Source of the DNA: Candidatus Lokiarchaeum ossiferum
Lineage (GTDB): Archaea; Asgardarchaeota; Lokiarchaeia; Sigyniarchaeales; Promethearchaeaceae
Assembly (NCBI GenBank): GCA_025839675.1
Contig: CP104013.1
Coordinates: forward strand, 2,490,001 to 2,522,000
Length of the DNA stretch: 32,000 nucleotides
Direction of reading: 5' to 3'
Part shown: positions 17,146 to 26,960 of the stretch, piece by piece
How positions within the stretch are numbered: the first letter of the stretch is position 1
Layout: every line of letters begins with the position of its first letter
Translations under genes and position numbers: made by a program
The notes under the pieces: model-generated
Seen by the model: only the letters and a program-made list of their open reading frames with translations
Told to the model about the DNA's origin: nothing
Database searches by the model: none

Positions 17146-18044
17146 ATCTCATTTTCTGATTTTAAATAAATTTTCATCAACAAAAAATCAATTATAGAAC
17201 TCAGACTAATATATATCAAACTAAATGGTTCCTTTATTTTCTTCAAAAAGAATTTATCTTTGGTGATTGAAAAAATGACTAGTTTGGAGTGGATTTAAAT
17301 CAACATATAAGAATTTAAGAAGAGTAAAATGCGTCCGAATAGAAATACTGATTAAAAGAGTAAAGATTTTTAAATTCAGAGAAGAATGTTAGAAGAAATG
17401 AACTTTCAGTTGAATACTGAAAAACCGATGATTAGAAAGATGATAAATTACCCTATTCGTGTTTTTTTATCTTACTAGTTTCTTTTTTTTTTTAAAATAT
17501 TGGGGATCAATATGGTTTTGGTCCCACCCATAGGGATACCATAAGGAAAATCCCTCCGATCGAAAAGAAATGTATATTAGTGCTTTAATAACTTCTCCTT
17601 CAGAGTCCCTCAGATAACTTAAACATTTTATTTTTTATCTAGATAAGTATTTGATTAAAAAAGTTCCACAATTGTAATAGGGAAGTTTTCTGCTTTAGAC
17701 TGAATAATTTTACAATTTTAACTATAAACAGGAGTTTTGATTATCAAATAATTGATTACTCAACATAAGGATATTTCCGAGGTGTTTTCACTTGGCAGAT
17801 GAACGTTCAGAAAAAACTCAAAATCGTCAACTTGTGGTACATACACTGAAATAAATTAACATTTGATAGTCTAATTTTAGGATAACGATTAATAAGGGCA
17901 AAAATGTCTTTTTTTATTGTCACATCAAGAATCGAACTAATTAATATTTATAGTCTTTATATCTATAAATTATTATTATAATTTTTTGGAATATTTAAGA
18001 TAATATAAAATAACACCAACTTTCCGACAAAACTGTGATGAACT

Positions 18045-20087
18045 ATGCCAAAGGGGATCGATCCGAACAAATATTTTTACGCCCGCACACTCCTCTCACA
18101 AAAACTGTCCATTGCGGAAGTTCGGAAAGAATTAAAGAAAATTTTTGGAACCAGTATTTCTCCGAACAAATTGATCGAAATTAAAGCTGAAATCGAGACT
18201 TCCACTCCCCCACAAGCCCCTCTGAAGCATAATACAGGTATTAGTCGAATATTTCGAGGGAAATCGGATACAAATGATCAAATTGCATCGCAAACAGAAA
18301 TGTTCAATGCGATTGTAGCAAAACTGGATGCAAAAATCGATCAACAAGCCATTTTAATTCATCAACTCTTTGATAAATTCGAAAAATATGGTAAAACTTT
18401 TGCCTATTGGGAAAAACGCTTTGCCCATGTTGATTTTGTAGAGCATATTCATGATGGTCCAGAAGGTGTGTCTGATCTAGAATTTTTAGAACATCGAAAA
18501 GCCACCATCACAGATTTTCTCCGAGCTAATCCGAAAATGGTGCAAGAAACCATTGATAGCGAGACAATTGAGATCATTGCAACTACAACAAGCATTGATT
18601 CTCAGATTGTACGGCTGGTTCTTCAGGAAATGTATGGAAGTGATAAAATTGAAGATTTGGAAGGAATTACCGAAGTTCAGCGATTAATTCTGGAGTACAA
18701 CGCAAAAATTGCACAACTGGAGAGTACCATGGATACTTCGAATTCAATTCTTTTAAATGGCAAATCTCCATTGCGCCCTTCAATCCCACCACAAACAGCA
18801 ATTTCATCATCGGAAATTTCCAAAATCGGATCAAAATCAGTGCTTCCTCACATTCAAATTGAAAATCAAGAATTCACCCAAAAAGAGAAAAAAACAGCGA
18901 ATAGTAATCAAGTGACACTTTTTGGTATGTCTTATCAAATCAGTGAGGAAAGAGGTATCAAGAAATTAGATCTCTCAAACACAGGGCTCACCACATTACA
19001 AGAGATTATTGGACTAAAACATATCAAAGACCTCCAAATCTTGGATCTCTCAGAAAATAATCTTAAAGCAATAAATTTTGCAGATCCCTTATTTCACGAT
19101 TTTCAATTCTTAGGCTCAATTCAACACTTAATTCTCCGATTTAATCAAATCACATCAATCCAAGGATTAGAGCGGCTTCCAAATTTAGAAGTTCTTTATA
19201 TATCTCATAATCAGTTAACTAGCCTCCAAGACAGTGGAATTCAACAACTTAAACAATTATATGTTCTTGATTTATCCAATAATGAGATAGATATGGTAGA
19301 AGGGATAGCTGGCATTGAAAATCTCACCCAATTAGATTTATCATATAACCACATTCAATCTTGGAGCGGAATTGAACATTTTCTCAGTCTCACCACGTTG
19401 AATTTAGCCCATAATGAATTTTTAGATATGCAAGGATCAGGATTACAGAATCTAAAATCCTTGGATATGACCCACAATCAAATAGATACACTCGCTGGGT
19501 TAGAACATTTTCAAGAGATTGAATACTTAATATTAGCAGAGAATAATATGCTTCAAATTGATCGAACATCAGGGCAGATCTTCACCAGTATTATTGGATT
19601 GGATCTATCGAAAAACAATTTACAAGATCTCTTAGGATTAGAACAGTTCCCAGCGGTAGAGGATTTGAATATCGCAGATAACCAAATTGAATCGTGTGTA
19701 GGAATTGAGGTATTACCCGCCCTTAATAAAGTGAATTTAGCAGGAAATTTGCTTACCTTTTTAAATGGATTACAAGATTTGGGAGATGTCCAACAACAAT
19801 TAATAAGGAGTTCAGAAACGAATTCGATTTCAGGTTTACAGGAATTAATTCTATCTCGAAATCAAATTATGGAAATTACAGAATTAGAGAAATTCTCCAT
19901 GTTAGCAAAAATAGATTTACAGGAAAATGAAATCACCTCAATCCAAGGGTTAGGAAAATTGATGAATCTGGATGAACTCTATTTGGAGGGAAATCCCGTT
20001 TACGATTGGGTAGTTGAAGAAAATGGAGAGGATCCATCCATAATTGCCAAATGGGCCGTAAATTATTGCATCCGAATGCGGTATTGA
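18045..20087 (+). CDS. leucine-rich-repeat protein (about 15 LRRs of ~22 aa) with a ~300-aa N-terminal HTH-like/coiled region
   Basis: Repeated LxxLxLxxNxIxxIxGLExL units run from about aa 305 to 665 (KKLDLSNTGL, QILDLSENNL, ... DELYLEGNPV cap). The N-terminus SIAEVRKELKKIFGTSISPNKL resembles a helix-turn-helix. Confidence 0.9.
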   Translation: MPKGIDPNKYFYARTLLSQKLSIAEVRKELKKIFGTSISPNKLIEIKAEIETSTPPQAPLKHNTGISRIFRGKSDTNDQIASQTEMFNAIVAKLDAKIDQQAILIHQLFDKFEKYGKTFAYWEKRFAHVDFVEHIHDGPEGVSDLEFLEHRKATITDFLRANPKMVQETIDSETIEIIATTTSIDSQIVRLVLQEMYGSDKIEDLEGITEVQRLILEYNAKIAQLESTMDTSNSILLNGKSPLRPSIPPQTAISSSEISKIGSKSVLPHIQIENQEFTQKEKKTANSNQVTLFGMSYQISEERGIKKLDLSNTGLTTLQEIIGLKHIKDLQILDLSENNLKAINFADPLFHDFQFLGSIQHLILRFNQITSIQGLERLPNLEVLYISHNQLTSLQDSGIQQLKQLYVLDLSNNEIDMVEGIAGIENLTQLDLSYNHIQSWSGIEHFLSLTTLNLAHNEFLDMQGSGLQNLKSLDMTHNQIDTLAGLEHFQEIEYLILAENNMLQIDRTSGQIFTSIIGLDLSKNNLQDLLGLEQFPAVEDLNIADNQIESCVGIEVLPALNKVNLAGNLLTFLNGLQDLGDVQQQLIRSSETNSISGLQELILSRNQIMEITELEKFSMLAKIDLQENEITSIQGLGKLMNLDELYLEGNPVYDWVVEENGEDPSIIAKWAVNYCIRMRY

Positions 20088-20383
20088 GATAAAAAATTAT
20101 CTTTCAAATTGAATCTCATCAGAAAGCTAAATATATTCAATTTTATCACAGTTTCAATTTCCCAAAAAAAATGTGTTTTCTGAAATATTATTAAGAAATA
20201 CTATTATGAAAAAGAAATGAGAGAAAAAAGGAATTCTATTAAAAAAATTAAGATTACTTGTCAGAAATCACTTGATTGGAATTTTACATAAGCTTGCTCT
20301 TTCAAATTATCCTCATTTGCTCAAAAAAATAGCTTCCTATAGCTCAAGTTTTTTTCCAACATACAAGCAAACCATGGATGATA

Positions 20384-21925
20384 TTATTTATCCTTTAAGT
20401 ATTTAAGTACCTCTTGAATCACAAGTTTGGAATGAATCATCGTTCCAGGAAGCCCTCCAGCAGTTTTATCACTTTGAGACCCGATGAACCATAGTCCTTC
20501 GATGGGGGTCATATGCGGAGCCCCAGTTTTACCCATGATAGGGGCCCTTCCTCCAAATGCATGGTGTGATTGATGGGTACGAAGACGAAAATCAGCAGGA
20601 GTCATAATTTCTTGAACGAGAATATGTTGACGAAGATTGGGAATAATTTTTTCCGCTTCAATTAATAATTTTTCAGAGAACTCTTCCTTTCGAGTTTCCC
20701 ATGTACCGGAATCAAGTTTATTGGGGGCAATAGTATAAATCGTCATAGCAAATTTACCCGGAGGAGCCATGGAAGGGGAATGGAGTGAAGGAACATAAAT
20801 GAGAAAGCCATCTTTCCCTTCATGATATTCTCCATTGCGGCACCGGATGACGGCATCCTCAACCTCATAAGTCCCATAATAATAACAGAGAGCTGCTTGT
20901 TGAAATTTTCGTGGATCAAGATCTAGACCGAGATGAATCATATGAACAGATTCCATTAGCGGAATATCCACAATTTGATCCACATAAGCCGAAGGAAGGT
21001 TTTCTTTTCCAACTATCTTAAAAAAGAACTCTTTGGCACCTCCACTTGCCAACACAATATCGGCTTCCACTTTTGTGCCATTTGATAATTGAAACCCATG
21101 AAGTTGATTATCATGAAGAAGAAGACGCTCAACAGGAGAATTTACATGAATTTGTCCTCCATGAGCCAAAATGTATTTTTCAAAGACTTGCACCAAGACT
21201 TCCATGCCGCCCAGAATGTAAGTATAGCTAGGACGAGCACCCGCTCTTGACACCTTAAGAGGGAGTCGATCATCATGAGCCGTTTCACAATTTACAATTG
21301 GAATCCCCAAAGCAGGAAATTCCGAAGGTTTGGTAACAAAATCCGCCAAAAGTCCAAGAAAAAGACCTTTAATTTCCTTATGGGTAAAAAAATGATCCAT
21401 AAGCTGAGCAGCGGACATATTTTTTTTATCTTTTACCCGTTGAAACAGAAAAAACAGACGTAATTGAAGAAAAATCTTATGGAAGGCATTTGCCGATTCA
21501 ATACGGCGGGAAAGTGCAACGATGTCAAGCATTGTATTATGAAATTGATAATAACGTGTTAAATTCTCGGCTTCGTCAGGATAGAGCCGTATCAACTCAT
21601 TTCGACGCCAATATTGTCCTTTATACTCTGAGGGCTTCCACAAATCATAATCCGGCATTACTACTCCCCGATCTGATCTCTGAAATTGAATTTGATCATA
21701 CAGCCCAAGATCGACTAATATTTTACCTGCAGGTTCTTCAGGTAAAAAATCTTGTACAAGCATGGGGCCTAAATCCCAACTAAATCCTTCCTTATGAAAA
21801 GTAGCAGTCACTCCTCCGATGTTTGGAAATTGTTCATAGATTGAAACCTTATACCCTGCTTTAGCTAAATATGCCCCTGCAGTTAACCCTGCCATTCCAG
21901 CACCAATAATTGCAATTTTTTTCAT
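20384..21925 (-). CDS. FAD/NAD(P)-dependent oxidoreductase of the phytoene desaturase (CrtI/CrtD-like) family
   Basis: N-terminal dinucleotide fold KKIAIIGAGMAGLTAGAYLAKAGYKVSIYEQ..IGG. C-terminal GLWFIGSQS..GGLPG is typical of the family. Confidence 0.85.
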   Translation of the reverse strand: MKKIAIIGAGMAGLTAGAYLAKAGYKVSIYEQFPNIGGVTATFHKEGFSWDLGPMLVQDFLPEEPAGKILVDLGLYDQIQFQRSDRGVVMPDYDLWKPSEYKGQYWRRNELIRLYPDEAENLTRYYQFHNTMLDIVALSRRIESANAFHKIFLQLRLFFLFQRVKDKKNMSAAQLMDHFFTHKEIKGLFLGLLADFVTKPSEFPALGIPIVNCETAHDDRLPLKVSRAGARPSYTYILGGMEVLVQVFEKYILAHGGQIHVNSPVERLLLHDNQLHGFQLSNGTKVEADIVLASGGAKEFFFKIVGKENLPSAYVDQIVDIPLMESVHMIHLGLDLDPRKFQQAALCYYYGTYEVEDAVIRCRNGEYHEGKDGFLIYVPSLHSPSMAPPGKFAMTIYTIAPNKLDSGTWETRKEEFSEKLLIEAEKIIPNLRQHILVQEIMTPADFRLRTHQSHHAFGGRAPIMGKTGAPHMTPIEGLWFIGSQSDKTAGGLPGTMIHSKLVIQEVLKYLKDK

Positions 21926-22052
21926 TCAATCATAACCCTATCTAATACTCCATATATGTAGAAAAAATCTTGGGAGCATTGTATTTACTTGATTGAACAA
22001 ATTTATAAACTCTTTTGACAAGATAATTACAACCTAATGAAGTTGAAAAACA

Positions 22053-23522
22053 ATGAGTGACATACAAGATAAACAAAACACAGAATTGACATTTGAGCAT
22101 AAACGGTGGGTTCATGCGAGTTTTGGAGCACGCGATATGTTTAGTCAATGGCATACGGCTGCTTTTGGAGCATATACAATATTTTTTTATGAATCAGTTG
22201 TCGGTTTACCATCACAGTTTGCTATTGCGGCCTTTTTAATTTTCTCGTTATGGAATGCGGTTAATGATCCATTGATGGGATACATCATGGAGAAATTCAC
22301 TATGCCGTGGCAACGCAAATGGGGATTCCGTCGGTTTCCTTGGATCGTGATTGGAAGTATTTTATTTATTTTTTCTTATCTCATCATTTTTTTGGTTCCG
22401 TTTGGATGGTTTGGAACGGAAGCTTTGGTGGTTGCAAATAAGTGGAAAATATTTGCGTGGTATGTTATCACCCTCTTAATTTATGACACCACATTTACGA
22501 TTTTTGATATTAATTCTCAATCGCTCTTTCCCGAAAAATTTGCGAAGCAATATGAACGCAGAGTGGTTACTGGATGGGGCACATTTTTGGGAATATTGGG
22601 GTTGGTTCTATCCTTTGTACTCACAGGTTTAATTGCAGATCAAAATTTTCCAGAAAGTTATCGAAAAGCAGCCTTACTAACATTTGGAGGAGCATTTTTC
22701 TTCTTGATCTTATTTCTTCCCGGTATGTATGAATCCAAGCAATTGCGAGAGAAATACAAGCATAGCGAAGGGACGAAAGGACAAGCCAATGAACCCTTTT
22801 TGAAGGTCGCCAAAGATATTTTGACCGATCGCACAATGGCCATGAAAATTCTATTCTACTTCGGATATCAAGCAGCCGTTGCTCTGATGAATGCATCAGC
22901 ACTCTATATAGTCACATACATCCTTGATGATCCCGAAAATGAATCTTTTATATTTATTATGGGTGGAATGTTAGCAGGGGCGCTGATTTCAACACCATTA
23001 TGGGTCAGAATATCCCAGCGTGTGAATAACAACAAAAAAATGTGCATTGTAACGGGTCTCCTTATGTTTGCCACTTTTCTACCGATGATTTTTGTTAGTA
23101 GTCTGGTAGGATGGATAATTTGTATATTCTTATTTGGAATCAGCCTAGGCGGACAATGGTTTATTAATCCCCCCACTATGGGAGATGTATTGGATTCCGT
23201 GGCAGTTAAAACAGGGAAGCGCGAACAATCTCTCTACTATGGTTTTCAAACCTTTGTGATTCGCTTTGGGGAAGCATTTAAAGCAGTAGTTATAGCTTTG
23301 GCACATCTTACAACCGGATTTCAAGAGGGGAATCCAACATTAACAGATATGACTAATGCCGTTGACAACATCAACTTAGTTTTATTTGGAATTCGAATCC
23401 ACACAGCAATTGTACCTGCTCTCTTAGTATTGGTGTGTACTTTGCTTTTCTGGAAGTACTACGACCTGACACCTGAAAAAATCAAGGAAAATAGGTTGAA
23501 ACTTGATGAATTAGGAATATAG
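22053..23522 (+). CDS. MFS-type transporter, glycoside-pentoside-hexuronide (GPH) family-like
   Basis: About 12 TM helices. The motif LWNAVNDPLMGYIMEK matches the GPH D-P-x-x-G loop signature. Confidence 0.85.
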   Translation: MSDIQDKQNTELTFEHKRWVHASFGARDMFSQWHTAAFGAYTIFFYESVVGLPSQFAIAAFLIFSLWNAVNDPLMGYIMEKFTMPWQRKWGFRRFPWIVIGSILFIFSYLIIFLVPFGWFGTEALVVANKWKIFAWYVITLLIYDTTFTIFDINSQSLFPEKFAKQYERRVVTGWGTFLGILGLVLSFVLTGLIADQNFPESYRKAALLTFGGAFFFLILFLPGMYESKQLREKYKHSEGTKGQANEPFLKVAKDILTDRTMAMKILFYFGYQAAVALMNASALYIVTYILDDPENESFIFIMGGMLAGALISTPLWVRISQRVNNNKKMCIVTGLLMFATFLPMIFVSSLVGWIICIFLFGISLGGQWFINPPTMGDVLDSVAVKTGKREQSLYYGFQTFVIRFGEAFKAVVIALAHLTTGFQEGNPTLTDMTNAVDNINLVLFGIRIHTAIVPALLVLVCTLLFWKYYDLTPEKIKENRLKLDELGI

Positions 23523-23524
23523 CC

Positions 23525-23560
23525 TTTTTAAAGTATTGATTTTTTTTGAACTTCTTTTTT
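23525..23560 (+). terminator. cluster of oligo-T tracts (T5, T8, T6)
   Basis: ccttttta...gattttttttgaacttctttttt lies immediately after the stop at 23522. Confidence 0.45.
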
Positions 23561-23720
23561 ATTATTATGGGTTTATCAAGTCCTACATAGGTAATTCTGG
23601 GTAATATTATGATCATGACCTAGAACTACAACAAAAATGGACCAATTTGTAATTTGGGATTATAATTGTAGTTGAGAGGTCCAGAAGAAGTGGTTTTATA
23701 TAGAAGTAGAAATAATTTCT

Positions 23721-24284
23721 TTATGGTTTGTCAATACCCTTGAAAAGCGAATGCTCAAACAAATTGGGATTCATAATTCGAGCGAAACTCGGAATCCATT
23801 TTGGCACAATTTGTTGATAAAGAAGGTATTTATCACCAAATTCTTGAATTAGCCGTTGTTCTTCATACTGGCTCAAATAGGAATAGAGACCTATCGAAAT
23901 GCCGAAAATCATCCAAGACACCACACTAATGGACATAATTCCCAAACCTACATGAAAAATCAAATCACCTAAATACATCGGATGTCGGCAATACCGGTAA
24001 ATCCCATGGTAGACAGGCAATTGATAATTAGCTGGGCGAAAAAATAAATCTGCTTCACTTCTACGAAGAATATAATAGGAAAGAATAATACAAGACAGAC
24101 CGATACTGAGTCGAAGATAGAGGGGGATAACGTGATTCAGCCAAGTCGAGTAATGTAAGATAGAGTCACTTATCCAAATGCCAAGAAATAGCATAAATAG
24201 GGCCGCTTGAAACTTATCACCTTGTGGATGTTCACCAGGCATTTTTGTCCATTGATGGTGACTCGGAATCCAGGATGTTGGCAT
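23721..24284 (-). CDS. isoprenylcysteine carboxyl methyltransferase (ICMT)/phospholipid methyltransferase-family membrane methyltransferase
   Basis: Family signature YRYCRHPMYLGDLIFHVG followed by E..L...FG..Y..Y. About 5 TM helices. Confidence 0.8.
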   Translation of the reverse strand: MPTSWIPSHHQWTKMPGEHPQGDKFQAALFMLFLGIWISDSILHYSTWLNHVIPLYLRLSIGLSCIILSYYILRRSEADLFFRPANYQLPVYHGIYRYCRHPMYLGDLIFHVGLGIMSISVVSWMIFGISIGLYSYLSQYEEQRLIQEFGDKYLLYQQIVPKWIPSFARIMNPNLFEHSLFKGIDKP

Positions 24285-24414
24285 AAACGAAATTACGTGA
24301 GTGAAATATTTAATATTTATGTGTTAGAATCATTTTGATGGCACAAAGTATAAAAAACTATAATGGAACAATCTTCCATAGTGATTTATATTCCACAAAA
24401 ATTGTGACTAATTT

Positions 24415-25167
24415 ATGAATCCAAATAGTTCAAGTATTTCAACATCAAATCTTGAACAATGTCAAGATAAGATGCTTTTAAAATTCAAAAGCACAATTAA
24501 ATTATATTATAGGAGCGATTTAATACGGTTTGTTGCTGATTCGGTATTCACAATATTAATTTTGTGGAGGTTTTTTACCCAAAATGATGTTGCATCCATT
24601 TTATCTTTTATTATACCGATTGTTATTTTATTTCTATTAAATTTGATCTTATCACTCTATTTATTATGGAATCTAGTCATTTCAATCAAGCTCAAGAGAG
24701 AAACCGGAAGTATTCCAAACGGATCTATATTTATGGAGAAAATATATCATTTAATCATCAAGTTATGCCAAAAAAGGCATTATTTCAAATGGAGAAAAGT
24801 GAAAAAGAAAACCAAAGAAGAGAGTCGTGAGGTTGTTATTTGTTCACTCTACAATATTGTGTATGAAAATGTTTCCTATTCACCTGCAATAATAATAGTT
24901 TATTTATTTATGGTGATATTCACGTTTAGTATAGACATTTATATTGGTATATTATATGTCTTTTCTTTAATATTATTTAGATATGATTACCGTCGCCAGA
25001 AAATCACATTGCAATGGATGCAAGCATTTCTTGATATTTTTCGATGGCAAAATCAAATTGATGAGATTCCAGTAGTGGAGAATAACCAGAACTATTCTCT
25101 TATGGAAGAAGATTTTGCCCAATATGAAACCAGCCATGATGGAGATATATCTACGAATGAATCATAA
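24415..25167 (+). CDS. hypothetical membrane protein (about 4 TM, Lys-rich cytoplasmic loop, acidic C-tail)
   Basis: 250-aa ORF with hydrophobic helices. Its stop overlaps the next gene's preferred start by 11 nt. Confidence 0.6.
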   Translation: MNPNSSSISTSNLEQCQDKMLLKFKSTIKLYYRSDLIRFVADSVFTILILWRFFTQNDVASILSFIIPIVILFLLNLILSLYLLWNLVISIKLKRETGSIPNGSIFMEKIYHLIIKLCQKRHYFKWRKVKKKTKEESREVVICSLYNIVYENVSYSPAIIIVYLFMVIFTFSIDIYIGILYVFSLILFRYDYRRQKITLQWMQAFLDIFRWQNQIDEIPVVENNQNYSLMEEDFAQYETSHDGDISTNES

Positions 25168-25435
25168 GTTTGCATCTAATCCCCGAAGAAATAAATATGA
25201 ATTGTGGGTTGAAATTTTGGATTTATGCACATCTCAAGAGATTCATTTAAGTCAAATCATAAGAGATTTGCGTTTGCGGACAAGTAAATGTAAGGAATAT
25301 TTATTATTTCTAATGCAAAAAGATCTTCTTCATGTAAAACATTCGAGTACAGATAATTCAATTGTCTATATAACAACTAATAAGGGAAAAAAGGCGGTTC
25401 AACAATTTATGCAACTTATATCGAAATATTTTTAG
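25157..25435 (+). CDS. small archaeal-type winged-helix protein (COG3432-like)
   Basis: RRNKYELWVEILDLC...IHLSQIIRDLRLRTSKCKEYLLFLMQKDLL....YITTNKGKKAVQQF fits the family pattern: basic N-terminus, E-I/V-L, wHTH, then a [ST]-x-K-G helix. The start was moved from the track's 25115 to the ATG at 25157. Confidence 0.65.
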   Translation: MNHKFASNPRRNKYELWVEILDLCTSQEIHLSQIIRDLRLRTSKCKEYLLFLMQKDLLHVKHSSTDNSIVYITTNKGKKAVQQFMQLISKYF

Positions 25436-25462
25436 TTGGTTTAAGAGTTCAGAATTCATTGT

Positions 25463-26092
25463 TTAAATGGTTTTTATTTCTGTTTTTTTTGTTTTCTTCC
25501 CTTTCTCGTTCAATTTATTCGCAGCAATTAAAATCGGAATCGAAATTAACCCTCCAATAAGAAACGGAAGAAGGATTTGCACTCCATAGAGATTATAGGG
25601 AAGAAGAAATGTGGGAGTATCGTGTTGGAGATTTGGAGGAACGGTCCGTACATAATAGGAGATCGCGGCAGTAATCCAGGTATAAGCCCATGCAATAAAT
25701 GTAGCCATCCCCAACCATTTGGCTTGTTGATACATTTTGCGTTTATTGAAATAGGAGAGGAAAGTTTTGTATAAAATGATAATCATAATAAGAAAACTTG
25801 GCCAGGTGTGAAAATTGAAAGAGAGATCATCAATCTCAAAAGGAACTACTTCTTGTTTTGTAATGGCATCTAAAAAACCGGTAATCCCCGCAAAAAGGCC
25901 AAGAAGATATAAAGTAGTAGCAAACCCTCCAAAAGCTCGATGTGAGCGAAATAGGATATCATTCCTTTTAAGTTGGGACAGTTTCTTCTTGATATAGGCA
26001 GCATATATTCCGGTGGCTGCTTGTACGGTCGCACATAAAGCACCGAGCATAGTTATGATGGTATTATACTCCGCTGGACTTGAAATTGGCAT
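25463..26092 (-). CDS. hypothetical polytopic membrane protein (about 5 TM; possible heme-b/DUF4079-like, unverified)
   Basis: Hydrophobic helices with conserved-looking His/Arg near helix ends (FRSHRAFGG, NFHTWP). Lys-rich C-tail. Confidence 0.6.
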   Translation of the reverse strand: MPISSPAEYNTIITMLGALCATVQAATGIYAAYIKKKLSQLKRNDILFRSHRAFGGFATTLYLLGLFAGITGFLDAITKQEVVPFEIDDLSFNFHTWPSFLIMIIILYKTFLSYFNKRKMYQQAKWLGMATFIAWAYTWITAAISYYVRTVPPNLQHDTPTFLLPYNLYGVQILLPFLIGGLISIPILIAANKLNEKGKKTKKTEIKTI

Positions 26093-26226
26093 AATTATTC
26101 TTGAGTGGAGAAATTATTTAAGGGTTTCACTTAGAGAAAAATCGAAAAATCTGCGGGAAACTGAGAGATTGAAATTAAAAAAAAGATTGATTAGATTTAT
26201 TAGACTGATTAGAAAGAAATGAAATA

Positions 26227-26823
26227 TTATCGAATCTTTTCAATTATTTTATTAATTTTCACCGATGTTAATCGTTTGAGAGTGGTTGAAAACTTTGTTT
26301 TGTCATAAGCACTTGAAAGTAATAAAATAAAACATAAATTGTACAAAAGAGAAATGTTAGATTCATTGATAGCAGCCAGATGTTGAATTTTTTGATGGGT
26401 TTCTGTTGTAAATTTCTGCTTTGTTTGTTTTTCAAAGGCTATCTTGATCCGTTCAAATCCCCATTGGGCGTATGCCTTTTCTCGCAAAGCTTCCAATAAT
26501 TTGGTCATTACCATGTAATATAGAACAGTTTCTTGCCCAACTAATTGTTCAATTCCCCCCATTCCATCAAAATTAGTTTGAATTCGCTTTTCAGTGAGGG
26601 TTAAATCAACAGAAAAAAGATCACCGAAATGAGTTAAAAACTCGTGAATTTTATGACTTGCGAGTAATTGTAGGGAATTCTGAAGATCTTTTATGAACCT
26701 TGAAAGAATTTCATCCACACCTGTTAATTGCATGGTATTATCAGGATTTTTACCCATGATCCGTTTACCTCCTAAAAACAACTGTTGATAGACGGCATTC
26801 TCAAGCATTTCCTGTGTATTCAT
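26227..26823 (-). CDS. hypothetical soluble protein
   Basis: 198-aa ORF with no competing frame and no motif recognised. Confidence 0.55.
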   Translation of the reverse strand: MNTQEMLENAVYQQLFLGGKRIMGKNPDNTMQLTGVDEILSRFIKDLQNSLQLLASHKIHEFLTHFGDLFSVDLTLTEKRIQTNFDGMGGIEQLVGQETVLYYMVMTKLLEALREKAYAQWGFERIKIAFEKQTKQKFTTETHQKIQHLAAINESNISLLYNLCFILLLSSAYDKTKFSTTLKRLTSVKINKIIEKIR

Positions 26824-26960
26824 TTCCGTAGATAAAATCCCCCAAAATTTTGTTTGATTACTATTAATTAGAGAAAATTATGGCATATATATTTGGGGTT
26901 TTACTAAGCAAGCCAAAAATCTGCCAAAAATACTTATAGGGTTTTTGATAAAATTATCTT

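Noticed and set aside
16679-17246. Antisense ORFs 16679-16897(-) and 17013-17246(-) over the GC-shifted membrane gene
   Set aside because: The Arg/Lys/Ser-rich translations are typical of the reverse strand of a hydrophobic gene. The plus-strand frame has coherent TM periodicity.
17635-17646. 12-bp palindrome ttatctagataa (and a similar AT-only palindrome at 5583-5599)
   Set aside because: Arms of 6-8 bp made almost entirely of A/T are expected by chance in spacers of this composition.
21046-23176. Multiple 60-97-aa ORFs antisense or out of frame within the CrtI-like and GPH transporter genes
   Set aside because: All are nested in long motif-supported genes and have no independent signals.
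23600-23690. Interleaved complementary 6-8-mers (aactacaa/ttgtagtt, tggacc/ggtcca) between the convergent GPH and ICMT genes
   Set aside because: The stems are short and the region is a convergent-terminator spacer. Nothing lifts it above chance.
25577-26222. Plus-strand ORFs 25577-25774, 25815-25997 and 26013-26222, opposite the membrane protein gene 25463-26092
   Set aside because: These are shadow ORFs of a hydrophobic minus-strand gene. The last one runs into the AT-rich spacer and has a Lys/Arg/Leu low-complexity tail.
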